NCBI GenBank assembly: GCA_905178155.1
Contig: CAJINV010000001.1
Location: 1,601,904-1,665,903, forward strand
Direction: 5' to 3'
Origin: Amoebophrya sp. A120
Lineage: Eukaryota; Protista; Dinoflagellata
DNA: 64,000 bases
The notes below the pieces were generated by a model, which did not search any database, was not told where the DNA came from, and worked only from the letters and a program-made list of their open reading frames with translations. Below are positions 1 to 12,847 of the stretch, in pieces. How positions within the stretch are numbered: position 1 is the first letter of the stretch; the number at the start of each line of letters is the position of its first letter. The position numbers and the translations under genes are program-made.

Positions 1-2036
1 CCTGGAAAATAGTTTGTATTTCTGGTGGCCTAGGTCTGAATCTGAAATCGCTTCACATGACAAGAGGTTTCTACTCGGGATATAATGCTGTATCAGAATG
101 TAGTTGTCGATGTCGTCCTGTGCCGCTTCGCCGGATATTGAATCGTGCCAGGTGCTGCTGCTGCTCTTGTACAGATAATTTTTTTGGATTATGCGCCTCA
201 ATGGTAATGGACAAGGAGATTATTTTCATCTCAAATTAAGCTACGAAGTTAATACGCTTCAAGTCGTCGGTCTTCACGGTGTAAAATTAAGTAGGGCGAT
301 GAATCAATAAGGTGCCAACACTTCATCTCCGAGACATCGGGCAGCCAGATGTTGTCGCTGACCCGGAAAAATAGTCTCTTCCAATAAAATTGCACTAAAA
401 TTATGTTGGTGACGCGCTACCGCTACAAGATTTTCGCGTACAAGAGTTATGTTATTTCAGGCAAGCTGTCAATCGAAGATGGCGTCACTGCTGGGTTGCA
501 AAGAAAATAGTTTTTGGCTCGATTATTAGTCGTGCAGCTGCGACGTAAAAGCAATTTCAAGTCATGGAAAAGTCCAAAGATAAGATACGATAGTAGGTTC
601 CGGAAAAAGTTATTGCTAGTGATTGTATTCGCTAAGGATGTTGTCTGAACGATTTAAGGTATTAAGTGTGTCTTGATTCTGATAGATAGTCTCAGTTTTG
701 GTTTCTACTTTTACTTTTAGAAGTAGGTCGCTCGTCTCTAGGAAGTATGATTTCATCATGCTCCGCTTATCCGTTTTTTTTTTCGTTTACTGGAAATCTG
801 GTCGATTTATGATCGTGCCTTGTTCATCATTTCAATCGGTAGATTCATTCACGCGCCTTCCGCCGCCGGGGCTCCGAAGCCGAGGTTAATGCCGATGCTC
901 AACGGCTTCACGTGCAGGTTTCCCGCTCTTGATGCTGGGAGAAAATTTTGTCAATCCGGCTCTATTTCTCTACAACGTGCTCGACGTCCCATCGTTCATG
1001 ACCAATTTCACTTAGCGCGAACGTCAAGTGACCTCCTTTTCACTTTTGCGTTTGCCTTCCTGGCGCTCGCGTTGCCCTGTAAGAAACAGAATGGTAAAGG
1101 CGCACGGTCACTCAATCAAGTGGTGAAAATTATGAATGCCGTGGCTGTCTGCTGGTACATGTGTGGAAGAACAAGCCAGGGGACCACCACAACTAACAAA
1201 TAGACCGAGAGATATCTTCAACGGGATTGGCATCGATTTTTCAGGGAGGATAAAGCCATGCTGGCAGCCTGGATTCCGGATGTCAGGAGCGGGTCGAAGG
1301 AAGTTGCTGTAGGTATAGATTTCTGAACTTCGTAATCCTCTCAAAATTAAGCTCCTTGGCTTAGAATTGAAGACGCATGCAAATGCTGTAGTGCTGCTGC
1401 TCATTCAAGCACAGTAGACATGATCAATATTGCGACTCGCCTGTTGTACTATCTTGCTCAAGCCAAAAACGTATGAATAAAACACACAACCAAGTACACA
1501 GTCCCAGCCTGCTTTGACTCAGGGCCTGTTGGTAGGACTGGTGCGTCGCAAAGTTGTAGTCGTCACGCGGCAACCGCGGGAGCTGGACTTGCTGGTACTG
1601 CGCCGGGATTCAGTATCGATGTGCTGCAAAGCTGCGAGTCTCAGCCAGTACAGAAATCAACTTCATCAACTTGGACACCTTTTAGACACGTCGTGAAAAG
1701 AACCAAAAAGAGTATCACGACGAGTAATTATGTAGGTTTAACAAGTTGGTCTTGATTTCAATATAGGCTGATGGTGCTTTGAATCTATCATATCGAGGTC
1801 GTTTCGTCCCAGGCATGAACCACACTCTGCGTCATCGGGTCAAACGCATCACCGCTTTCGTGGACCTTAATTTTGAATTTTTTTCCTTTAGGTCGACAGT
1901 TCTAACATCACCAACATGGCATTGTTCCTTACGTCCAATTTCTTCCTCTTCCACTACAGAGAAGATGATGTTAACTCCCCACTACCAGTATAATTTGTAT
2001 TTGATGCTTACTATACCGAGTTGTACCACGTCAATA

Positions 2037-5000
2037 TTATACCTGTTCCCTCTCCACAGGCAAAAATCGTTCCTCTTTGCCTTCATTCACCACAACGGTT
2101 GCGGGCTCCTCGTAAACCTGCTCGTGGCTGTCCCTGGTAATCTCGATCACTTTCTCGATGCAGATAATCTTCGGCACGTCAACCACCTTGTCGACGTACT
2201 TGATCTCCGGTACCTGATCGTGTGGATCGTGATCATGCGTCTTCGATGCATGCATGACAAGTCAGCACATCGTATGGGTGTGATGCGGTACCTGCAACAC
2301 AAATTTTTGAATACTTAGGTGCTGTTTCCATGCCCTGATTCGAGCCTGAAAATACAAATAGCTGTACCTCGACGATCCTCTGGACCTTGCGGATGTTCGG
2401 CACCTCGACGATTTTGTCGACGTACTCGATTTTCGGGACTTCGATGATTTGCTCCTGGCTCACCGCTACATACTTGTCGACGTATCTGTTTTGTTGTTGT
2501 TTTGTTGCTACTTGTGTATGGTGGCGGTGGGAGGATGCGGTATGCATAATGGGAGAGACACGTTTTACTTCTGCGTCCGTCTATCTCTAGATGTAGTGAA
2601 CGCAGGACATGATCCACAGTCGTGCATCTCTAGACACGTGTAGCGCCACACGACCTTTGCGTGATGTAGAAGAGAGACCACGTTCAAGAATTAGCAACAC
2701 TACAGACGTAAAAAAGCTAGTACACACGTACATTCTACTTAACAAATTGAAATACCTTGGGACTTTCTCGATTTTCGGCACCGTGACAAACTTTTGGATT
2801 TTTTTCACGGTTGGGATCTCGACGACCTTGTCGACAAATTTGGGCACTTCGACGATCTGCTCCACAATCCGCTCCGTGGGCACGTCGACGTACTTCTGTC
2901 GTTTCTCGATCTGTGGGACCTCCTTGATGATTTCCACAACCTTCTCGACCGGGACTTCCACCAACTCTTCCTCAAATTGGATTCGCGGCACCTCGATGGT
3001 GTTCTCGATAATCCGATCTTCCGGAATGTCCACATATCTTACCACCTTCTGCGTCTGCGGCACCTCCACGTACTTCGGCACCCTCTTCACCACCTTCCGC
3101 TCTACCACCTTGTCGACAAACTGGGCCGGGCCGGGCACCTCCACGATCTGCTCGAGTTCCTGCACCTCGTCCACGTGCACGTACTTTTATGAGAGTGCAC
3201 AACTCGTCGATCATCTCGACCTTGTTCGATTGTAACAGCAACTGCAAGGACCACTTCTCGCCTTTATGTTTCTTTATGTAGTCATCATGAATACCTTGCA
3301 CGAAGACAAGCAACCCTGCCTCTACATTTTTCATGCAACGGCTCCAAATCCAACAGTAAATTCTGCTGGTGTTTCAGTTTTTGCTTCTCATGCCCAACTG
3401 CTCTTTTCCACCTTCAAACGAGGAGATGATCATGATGGGGGACCAACCACGACTTGTGCCCTTGCATAGCTTCTTGATCTTTTCCACTTGCTCGACCTCC
3501 ACATACTTGGTCACTTTCCGCTCCACTTCGTACTCCTCGATAATCTCCTCAGTGGTGATCTGGTGATAGATTTTTTCATTTTGCTCCTCACATCTCTATT
3601 TTCAAGTTCTGATGCGAGAAATGGAATGCAGGAGGTGGCACTTGTGAAGATGCCGCCCGGCAGGCCACTGTCATAGATACGACGTTCTTGCGACATTTTT
3701 TAAGTACTTTGCTTTCTACTGCATGTACTACATCACCATGATCGCTGTTGCCGCCATCAAGGCCAGTAACTGAAAAATCGAACGACATAGCAGGAACAGA
3801 TATTACCTTCGGCACTTCCACAATTTTTTCCACTTCGGTCACAACGGGCACCTCGACCAGTTTCTCAACGACGACTTTTCTCGGCACCTCGACGTACTTC
3901 GGAACGTGGATGATTTTCTCCTGGATCAGCGGTTTCTTCTTCTCGATGATCTTCTCGATTACCCGCTCCTTCACGACTTCCACGGTCTTCTGACGCTGTT
4001 CCACCACGTGCTTGTGGTGGACCACGTGCTTTTTTTCCACTTCCACGTACCTCTATCCGAGTGCATAATTGTTCCCCCTCCCTCTCACTTGCCATGCAAA
4101 ATCCCAAATCCGATTGCTCCTGCTTATTGTGGCATTGTTTGCATGACATATTCTGGAAGTAGCACAACAGCCAGTACTACACGACTATACACAGAACTGA
4201 ACTTGTCATGCACAGGCTCCACCTGCGTCGGTGTTTGTATTGATGCTCATGCCATACAAATGAGAGGGAGGGGGAGCAGTTGTGCATTCTCCTAACTTCG
4301 GAATCTCGATCTCCTGTTCCACCTCCCGTTGGAGCAATCGCTCAACAACTTCCACCTTTATTTTGGGGGTTGGTTTTCCTAGTCATTCTCATTCACGCAT
4401 CACAGATCTTGTTGTCCTTCCAATCTTGCATGACAAATTTTTTGCAATGCACAGATATACCTTCGGCACTTCGACGATCTCTTCTTCCACAACGTCGACA
4501 GTGACGTGCTTGATGCGCTTATCCAAGAAAAAAACTGTGTGAGAAGTGTAAATTTGTGTAGCAGACGACGCAAGACACTTGCGCCTGTCATGCTGGACAT
4601 GCGTCAGAGGCTCTTTTCGTACAACATGTTTCCACGTACTAGCTACGCATGACAGGTTTTCTATGTCGTGCAGGGGAAACTTGTCATGCTATTGTTTCTT
4701 CAAGAAAGTTACACTTACACAGTTTCTTTCTTGCATACCGCTCCTGTATCTGCGGCACCTCGACATACTTCTGCACCGTGGACAGCTGCGGAATTTCTCA
4801 TGCAGGAGGAGAAGGAAGTAGGAGAGTGCGATTTTTGCACGTGAAGTGCATGGTGTATTGTGATTGCTAGTGCTAGATGGTTAGTCTTATGCTTGGCTAG
4901 CAAAAGATCATGATTAGTTATACTATATTTTCCTTTTTGTTTCTCAGTGCTGTGAGTTTTACAATATGCAGAAGATGCAGAGGTCAGAGCCAGTGATACA

Positions 5001-8000
5001 GATACAGATACAGATGATGATGAAACGTGCTGCTCCGGATTTATTTCCTCATCCTCGTAACTCCCGTTCGATGATCTCCTCTTGGTATTCCACTTTGGGA
5101 ACCTGCAGTTGTTTTTGTTCGGTCCGTTTGTCATGCGAAAAAACACGACACGGAGCAATTAATGGGAATGGAATGGTGTGTAGCGTATTTTGCATGACAG
5201 ACAAGAATAATAAACCAGCTCACGTACTACTACTAGTTCATCTTCTTACAGTCACATCTGTACCTCGATGATCTCCTCCTCGTACACAATCAACGGCTGG
5301 TGCTGGATCCGCTCGTGCACTTTTTCCACGTACACGGGGCGAATTTCCGTGGTCTCGACCGGTCGCTCGACAATCTCTTCGTGGACGGTAATCACCGGCT
5401 TTTCCACAATTTTCTCCACAATCCTCTCGACGGGAATCTGATAATATTTTTCAGATGCTAAATTCCAAAGTTGTGGGAGACTACACGACTGCTGCTGTTG
5501 CGTACGACACAGCACAAGCGCAACTCACTTGCTATATAATTTCGCCTTCACTGCGCAATTCACCCATAGGACGAAGGCGCGCGCAACTGAACAGAAGCGC
5601 AAGTGTTGTTGAGACAGAGCGCGCCTCAGACCGAATCGCACGACGCCCTGCGACGGTCACACTGGCAGCAAACAGAAAACCCGGCCGGCACAGCAAGCTA
5701 CAGGGAGCAAGCCACGCAAGCCAGGCTCTCGAACCCCACAGAGCCACGTCCCGGACGTAGAGGTGGGCCAAGCCGTGGGACACGACATGGGCCGCCGGAC
5801 GCGTTCCCCAGATGTGACTAAATGCCGGGGCGGCCCTGCGAACGGCAGGGGCGAAATTTTGGGCGCGGGGGTGCCCTGTGGTGTGGCCGTTTGTTGCTTG
5901 CCGCTTCTAGTTGGTGAGGTGTTGTGTAGTTCGCTCCGGCTTATGATCACTGTAGTGCGATCTTATACCGGCTAACGCCAGTATTAGACTGGGCCCGGCC
6001 CATGGCAATTGCCAAGGGCCTTGCGGGCAATGCCCTAGGAAGCCAGTAGCGTCGTGTGTTTCTGATTTCTGTCAGCGTGAAACGCAGTGCCCCCTCTCTC
6101 GCGGTTTCACCGCTGACAGGCGAGTGGCCCACCACTGCTGCTCCTCTGCTGCGTCGCAGCTCACATCGGAGAGCAGAATCATGAGACACCCGCGGCACGC
6201 AGAGCGGCAGGCCGCAGCAAGGGCTGCGCTGTTTACCGTTGCGTGTTGCCGAAAGCGCCCTCAGCCAAAGGCCGAGATGACGCCGGACATGTGCCCTGGA
6301 CGGCGTGAAGAACCACACTGCCACATCGTGGCCAGCCCGATCCTTCCTACGCTCCCCCGCCAGTGGCGCCCGCGAGAACCGCGAACGCCGGTAATCACCG
6401 GCTTTTCCACAATTTTCTCCACAATCCTCTCGACGGGAATCTGTTATAGTGTTTTTCTCATCATGCTATTAAATTCCAAATTGGGAGACGCTGCTGCTGT
6501 TCCTGTTGCGTACAACAGGGGACAAGCGCAACTCCCTCGGCGTTAAAAAGTTCTTTGCCATCAACATGCATGATGTACCAGTCTGAACAAAAACCAGGCC
6601 GTGGTACGCAGGTAGGTATTTAAGTACTTACCTGTCTTTGTCTCTTCTGCACCAATGGCTTGTCCACGTATTTGGTTTCAAAATGGATTTTCCCGGTTCG
6701 TATGGAAAGGGAAAGCTATGATACTACCAAAGAGCCGCGGCGGTCTACTGTCATGCTGATTTTTAATATCGTTCAAAATGCATAGTGGTTGCACGTCGTG
6801 GAAAATGCATAACTTTCAAAGATCGGGCTAAGTAGTACTTACATCACGCGCATTAAACTACAGCACGACATCAATCCAACCGCTAGCGCTGTTACACAAG
6901 AACTTTCCTTCCCATAAGCACTTTTCTCTCCACGATTTCTTCTTCATACTCGATTTTCGGTACTTCGATGATCTTATGCTGTGCAAAAGTTTCGTAAAAG
7001 TAGTAATTGCAATCATGCATAGCAAATCTTTTTCTTAAGGTGAGTCAGCATTACAAATTTTATTTTTCCTCCTGCTGCGGAAATTTGTAATGCATTTATA
7101 CGAGTACGATACTTTTCTTGCACTGCATAGATCTCCTCCTCCTCGATTTCGACGAGTTTCTATCCTATGTAGAAACGTCCCCACCCCATTATAGTCGAGA
7201 TGGGGAATCGGCTAGACAAATCCACAAGTTTTGGCTGTTTTGCATGACAAATTTGCACTCGTAGTGTAGCGGTGCTGTTTGAGGTAGTTCAGCAACATCA
7301 CAGAGCGAGCGCATCGTGCTGACTGGAGCATGACAAATCCCAAAACACAACTAGAAAATGCTTCTCATCATGGGGCTCCGCATGAGCAACTCTTTTGGCG
7401 TGCTGATTTGCATGACAACTCTGGGGTGGGGACGTTTTTACAAATGATAGTTTCTCGATGATGTTTTCCTTGATGTTCGGCACCTCCACGTACTTCGGTA
7501 CCACCACGGTCCGGACCATGGGCACCCGCTCGACTTCCTCCTCGTAGACAATCTTCGGGATCTCCTATGCACTGCAAAAGTTGTATTGTATCGCACTAGT
7601 AGCATTCGCATCACAAATTTCTTCAGCGTGAAGAATTGAATTTCAATTTGTGATGCCGATTAGCGTGCATGTACTTACAAAGGTAGATCTGTCATGCATG
7701 ATTGCAATTAGTACGAGCACGATGCTTTTGCAGTGCATATCTCCACAATTTCCTCGATTTCTTTCTCCACCGGACGGGAGATGATGCGACGGTGGACTTG
7801 CGGCACTTCCACTATCTTCTCCACCTCGACCACCTTCTCCACCTCCTTCTCGATGATTTGTTCTTCGTACTGGACTATGCAGTGCAAAAGTATCGTCATC
7901 GCGCTAGTATAAATCGCATCGCAAATTTTCCCAGAAACAAAAATGCAATTTGTCACGCTGGAGAAGGTAGAAAGTTAGATTTGTAATGCATGCGTGCCAT

Positions 8001-8357
8001 TAGCATTACTACGAGTACGATACTTTTGCACAGGATATGGACGACCGGAACCTCGATCACCTCCTCGATCACCCGTTCCAGGGTCTGGATCTCCGGGATC
8101 TCGATGATTTTTTCGACGATGGTCTCCTTCGGGACCTCGATGATCTTGTCTTCCAGGTACTGAATCTCCTTGGTTTCCTGGTCCTCATGCACGACATCCT
8201 CCTCGTCCTTCTTGAAGATGGGTTTCGGCTCCCCCACGCTGAGAATGCGAAAATTTGTCGTGCCCATGCTGGTCGCGGACCCGCCTAGTATGCTCAGCCC
8301 CAGCACGCTGGCGTCCAGCGGACTGGGCTCCTGGTGCGCGTTCACAAACGCCGACAT
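2037..8357 (-). CDS. Alveolin / inner-membrane-complex (IMC/articulin-like) repeat protein, ~15 introns; the 3' end may extend to ~1517
   Basis: Exons rich in EKIVEVP/VPKYVEV repeats join in frame, from ATG 8357, after removing GT-AG introns (2214-2367, 2486-2755, 3560-3806, 5103-5263, 5438-6631) and TAT...ATA elements plus one 5-bp repeat (e.g. EVPVV|QYEEQ, IVE|IPKIV, IIEK|LVEIEEEEI|IEVPK). Confidence 0.85.
3188..3468. mobile_element. Introner, family C-like (TIR element acting as intron)
   Basis: tatgagagtgcacaa...ttgtgcccttgcata; flanks acttt/gcttc (3/5); removal gives KIKK-YVHVDEV in frame. Confidence 0.65.
4054..4294. mobile_element. Introner, family C
   Basis: tatccgagtgcataattgttccccctccctctca...tgagagggagggggagcagttgtgcattctccta; flanks acctc/acttc; restores IPK|YVEVEKK. 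Confidence 0.8.
4520..4737. mobile_element. Introner (singleton family in this window)
   Basis: tatccaagaaaaaaactgtg...cacagtttctttcttgcata; flanks gcgct/ccgct; restores QER|IKHV. Confidence 0.8.
5386..6535. repeat. ~145-bp direct duplication (5386-5530 and 6389-6535) flanking an ~860-bp GC-rich insert
   Basis: 55 bp identical (5386-5440 = 6389-6443; exon start plus AG acceptor); the adjacent ~90 bp of intron is similar but diverged. Confidence 0.85.
6701..6916. mobile_element. Degenerate introner
   Basis: tatggaaagggaaag...ctttccttcccata inverted repeat; direct repeat not retained, but removing element+5 nt keeps the frame (VERK..GKIHFETKYVDKP). Confidence 0.55.
6975..7129. mobile_element. 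Introner, family A
   Basis: tatgctgtgcaaaag...cttgcactgcata; perfect direct repeat gatct. Confidence 0.85.
7161..7449. mobile_element. Introner, family B
   Basis: tatcctatgtagaaacgtccccacccc...ggggtggggacgtttttacaaatgata; perfect direct repeat gtttc. Confidence 0.88.
7566..7739. mobile_element. Introner, family A
   Basis: Perfect 15-bp TIR tatgcactgcaaaag/cttttgcagtgcata; direct repeat tctcc. Confidence 0.9.
7876..8037. mobile_element. Introner, family A
   Basis: tatgcagtgcaaaagtatcg...cgatacttttgcacaggata; direct repeat tggac. Confidence 0.9.
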
Positions 8358-8680
8358 GGCTGCTCGTCGTGACCACTGGGTTTGTTCACTGATCCCGCAG
8401 CTGTTGGTCTGCGAAGATGTTGCGTTTTGAAGATTTCTTCCGGAGAACCCTCTCTCTTTCGACTTCTCAAGCTCGAACTACAACAGCGAGGAGCTGCTAA
8501 ATGGACCACTACACTTCTTGCTGATACTATCGGTAGAGTTTGTTTTTTGGGTGGAACTACGAGAGTATTCAAAAGTAATCCACCCACGATCACCAGTGAG
8601 ATAGAAGTGCCGGCCGGGGGTTGTACTTCGTCGATTCAGCTACAGAAGCTTTTCCTTGGGGATGTAGAGACGTCCCGCTC

Positions 8681-8729
8681 ATAGCAAAGGCAAAGCTTAG
8701 TCAAGAATTATAGCAAAGGCAAAGCTTAG
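8681..8729. repeat. 20-bp direct repeat, two copies, 9-bp spacer
   Basis: atagcaaaggcaaagcttag at 8681-8700 and 8710-8729. Confidence 0.9.
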
Positions 8730-9817
8730 CCGGCGGGGGCACCAGCATACCCTGCTGCTCTCTTACTCTTCAACTACTCGTCCGTCGCTTTTTGTCAAGT
8801 TGTGCTACGTTGTACTGGGGGTCGTGTTTCCCGGGGTAGAGCTCTGCTGACCCGTATCCCCGATTTCGCACAACATCGCGCCCCTGGTAGAATCTCCTCG
8901 TCCGGTCAACAAAATACTGTCGTCTCTCATTTTTGCATTTGCTCTGCCGCAATTATCAAAAATTGATGCCAGTCTGTCAATCTACTCGTCATCCTCACCG
9001 TACCTCTGTTGTAACAATGTGCGGCACTACTTTTCTTGTTCGTTCATTAGGTTTATTTTCGACACTAGTTCTGAATTCAGTCCAAATAGAAGTACACTGT
9101 ACTATGACTTCCGAGCCTCTAAATCTGTCTCCCCTTGATTTCAAGATGTGTATACGAGTTTTCCTCTTGGTTTTTACCATGTTCATGTCTGCACTTTGAA
9201 GACATGTCGTACCACAACGCCGAAATTGATGAAACAGCAGAAAATCATCGACGCATTGAAAGCGATGCTGTTCGCAAACTCCTATAACCTTGGATGGTGC
9301 AACAAATAGAGGAAAAACCAGTAACGTTGAAAGAAAAAGCATCCGACAAGAGGAGCCTTAAGAGACTTCCTCCAGACAAGGACAAGCACGCTACGCGACA
9401 GCTGACAGCACCTCGTAGTACCTCGCAACAAATCAATCCGAAGTAACGCGCAGCACCTAATTTATTTATAAAATGCTTGTTTTTGTTATTCATTGGACGA
9501 CACAACGAGTGGTTTTTCAAATTGCTATGCTACAAGAAACGAAATCTAAATCAGAATAGGCGACGAACACATCAACTAGGGCGCACCATACAAAATGGGT
9601 GAAGGTGCGACGTTTTCCCGCGTCTGGAGATTCCAGTAGCAGTAAGTAGCGTCATATCGCCCAAAAATTGTCACCGTGGTGCTCATGAAGATTGATATTT
9701 ATGGCGATAGATCATGAGGCGTCGCTATTTTTCATTTCTTGTCGTGGCATGCTCTTTGTTGTAGCAGTCGCTTATGCTAGACCTCGACCGACGGCGACGT
9801 CTTCTTGGCCGAAAGCT

Positions 9818-12025
9818 CTAAATTTTGTCTTCTTGTTTGCTAGTAGTTTTGTCACTTCCAGGTTGCACACAACTACTCGTCACGGTCTCCTTCAACGTTT
9901 TTTCTAGTCTCTGGAGGAAACACGTCAACTCCGCCCTGGTCGCCCCGATCGCCACGGCAGTCGCGAGGTAGGGGTAGGGATACGTATCGGAGTGCGCCCC
10001 GTAATTTTTGAACTGGACACCGTCGATGGTTTTTGCGCCGACCGGGCAGGCGACGACGCGCGGGCCGCTCACTCGGTGGTTGAACAACTTCGCGCCGATG
10101 GAATTCAGGACCTGCTTGCGCTTCTTCTCTGCTTCTGCGACTATCGCGCCATCTCCTCCCGGGACGTCGGTTGCAGTGACTAGACCTGACAAATCGACGC
10201 AGATGGAGATTTTGTTTTCTGGCGTGTGCAAAATTCGCAGCTTGAACTGGTCGCACGTCTTCTGCAGTTCCTCTTTGAACCACTCAAAGTCGGTCTTCCG
10301 GGTTTTCCACAAATTCTGCAGCCCGTCGGAGCCCATGGCAAGAAACGTGATCAATAAATCGACCATTTGTGCCCCCGAGGCGCGTCCGGGATAGCACTGC
10401 GCAATTTGGTCGAGCAAGGAGAGTTTGTTTGCTGTTGAAGGTGGGTTGCTAGTCGTGCTGTTAGCTGAAGCTGCACCCGCCCCAGCGTTTTTACTGACAT
10501 CTTCTACTACTTGCGGTCCACCACCACCACCACCACTCTTCATGACCGGCGGCCTTTCCTGTGGCGCGCACACGATGGCGCCGCCGACCGGCACCATAAA
10601 ATTCTTGTCTGTGCTCTGCACCACTACATCGACCCTGCCGGTCCTAGACGCCTGCTCGATGGCCTGCATCGTCCGCGAGCACTGGAGCCCGTATGCGTTG
10701 TTGATCAGAAACGCCACGTCGTGCTTCTGGCAGATTTATCCACAGAAAAAAACCTATCCACATCCAATTTGTCATGCAAAACACGTATAAAATGAAAATC
10801 ATGTTGTTGTCATACAAAAAAGGGATGTGGATGGGTTTTTTTCTGTGGATAAGATTTTCGCGACCTCCTCAATTTTGTCGGGCACGCGGGGGGCGAAGGT
10901 GGAGGCCGTACAGAAAACGCAGAGGATGTTGTCCGCGCCAAAATCCTCTATCGCTTGTTCAATCCCGGCCACGTCGGTCATGAGACCATCCCCGCGAGTA
11001 TCACAGCAAAAAGTTTCAACGTTAACGGAATTTGTGATGCAACAATGCATCACAAAACATGCCGAAATGTGTAATGCATAGCATGCATCTTGGGCTACAT
11101 TGACATTTGTGATGCATGACTGCAATCTGTGAAACAAACCGTTAAGGTTAACACTTTTTCTTGTGATAGCTCGGCGTTTTGATCAGCTCCACGACGATCG
11201 GCGTCAGCCCGCTGGTGTTGATCGCCTTGAAGCAGCTCTTCTGGTCAATCAGGTATCAAATGCAAATATGTCTGGGTCTGGAAGAGTCATGCTGTTTTTG
11301 CATGACGCAGAACCAGAAGGTCTGGAATGGAAGCTCTAGCATCACAGGTTTCGAGAAGCGTTCGCAATGCCGAATCCGCATGACAAATCCCTGATTTTGG
11401 TGACAGAAAGTGGGCAATTTTTGCTACCTATGCATGAGAGGTTTTTCTGTGTTCGGACATGCGCATCACAAGTTTGCATCCTTCCAGACCCAGACATTTT
11501 TGCAGTTAATATCCGGGACCAGATCACGAATTTTCTGTCCTTCGTGGTGTCGCGTTGCTGCAGTGCGAGAAAGCACAACGTCATGGTCATGCCCGTGGCG
11601 AGGGGCACGACGAGCGCGTTTTTGCAGTTTTTAAAGCCGGCGAGTCGCACCGCGTCGAGCGCCAAATACTTGCACAAACTCGCCAGTAAGCTGCTTCCGG
11701 CGGCTTTGGGCTGTTGCGCCACCAAATCGCCGGACCGGCCGACGCCGTGCGTCAAGCCAAAGTGCCGCTCCTGGACGAGTCGGGAAAACACGCGACCCTC
11801 TCGCTCCCCTACCCCAACGTTCCCGTTCGCGTTGTTGGCGTCCATGAGGGAAATTTGCCGGAGAAAGCTCTCGATCTCGAGGTCGGTCCAGGGCTCCTTC
11901 GGAAGTTTCCGCTGGGTGAGGAGCACCATGATTTTCTTGGACAGACTGTTAAAGCCCTGTTCCGCCTGCTGCACGTACCCCGGGTCGAGCAGACCCTGCA
12001 TCTGGCCGAAGTGGGACGCTTGCAT
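9818..12025 (-). CDS. SEPSECS: O-phosphoseryl-tRNA(Sec) selenium transferase (4 exons)
   Basis: Motifs GVGEREGRV, HGVGRSGDL..QPKAAGSS, VVPLATGM, WSR|IDQKSCFK, STFAPRVPD, INNAYGLQ, VQSTDKNFMVPVGG, YPGRAS; frame is restored by removing three TAT...ATA elements. Confidence 0.95.
10737..10851. mobile_element. Introner (115 bp, ~29-bp TIR)
   Basis: tatccacagaaaaaaacctatccacatcc...ggatgtggatgggtttttttctgtggata; direct repeat agatt; restores VAKI|CQKHDV. Confidence 0.92.
10999..11168. mobile_element. Introner (singleton family)
   Basis: tatcacagcaaaaagtttcaacgttaacgg...ccgttaaggttaacactttttcttgtgata; flanks gcgag/gctcg; frame restored (KTPS|GDGLMTD). Confidence 0.82.
11254..11511. mobile_element. 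Introner, family D
   Basis: tatcaaatgcaaatatgtctgggtctggaag...cttccagacccagacatttttgcagttaata; flanks tcagg/tccgg. Confidence 0.9.
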
Positions 12026-12847
12026 CTTTTTTTCTGTCTTCACGTGGTGAAAGCGAAAGCGCGCTTGCTGCTGATGTTTTATTTTGTGAGTAAATCAAAA
12101 TCTAGCTCTAGCACAAGCACTAACTACAGAGGTCGAATAAATTCAGTATATCCTGCTTGTAGTCGGAGACGGAGTTCTTGTTGTCGCTGTGGTAATGAAA
12201 CCCGTATAGCAAAACGACCACGAAAATGCACAATCTAGACAAGAAGACTTCCACTTCTGCAGTTGTCTACTTGAGTTTGACGTTCTTTGGCTCCCCTTCA
12301 ATCAGACAAGCGCGTGCGTCTTCGATCGGGGTGCCAGATCATCTTTGTCCTTCGTACTGAACAAATTTTATACACTAATTCGGCAAAGAAATTTACAATC
12401 AAATTACGAGTACTGGTGAACTCCCAGAGATCTTCACCTGGTTGCTCGATCACGCTGGTGCCTGGAGCCTCGATGAGCTTTCTTCGCCTGTAGTCTCTGT
12501 TGCAAAGAAAAGGCGTTCTGTCGCAACTGTGACTACAGCAGCAGCCTCTACCGCCTTTTCTACTTCGGTACCCGATAGTGGTTTCGCCACATCAGCGCTA
12601 CATAGTCGTGATCTTTTTGATCTTTTTTCTTTCCACTTCAACAACACCGTACTTATTGATCAAACTTGGGTAAGCCAAATTGCGACTCGGGACCAACGAG
12701 AATGAAACTGATCAGCATAAGCTAGGCTGGGTTGGCACGAGGAAAATACGGGCGCCTAGAACACACGAGGGCCCTGACATCCGCAAATAGAAATGCCGAA
12801 AGCCGTATGCGTCACTTTTCACCCGTGTCTTGGTTGCAAATCTTCAG

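Noticed and set aside
1-1500. Possible small gene or exons
   Set aside because: Only short ORFs with no recognisable motif or consistent splice model.
2609-3235. Long plus-strand ORFs opposite genes (also 11367, 13341, 15793, 52494)
   Set aside because: Antisense shadows of GC3-rich minus-strand exons.
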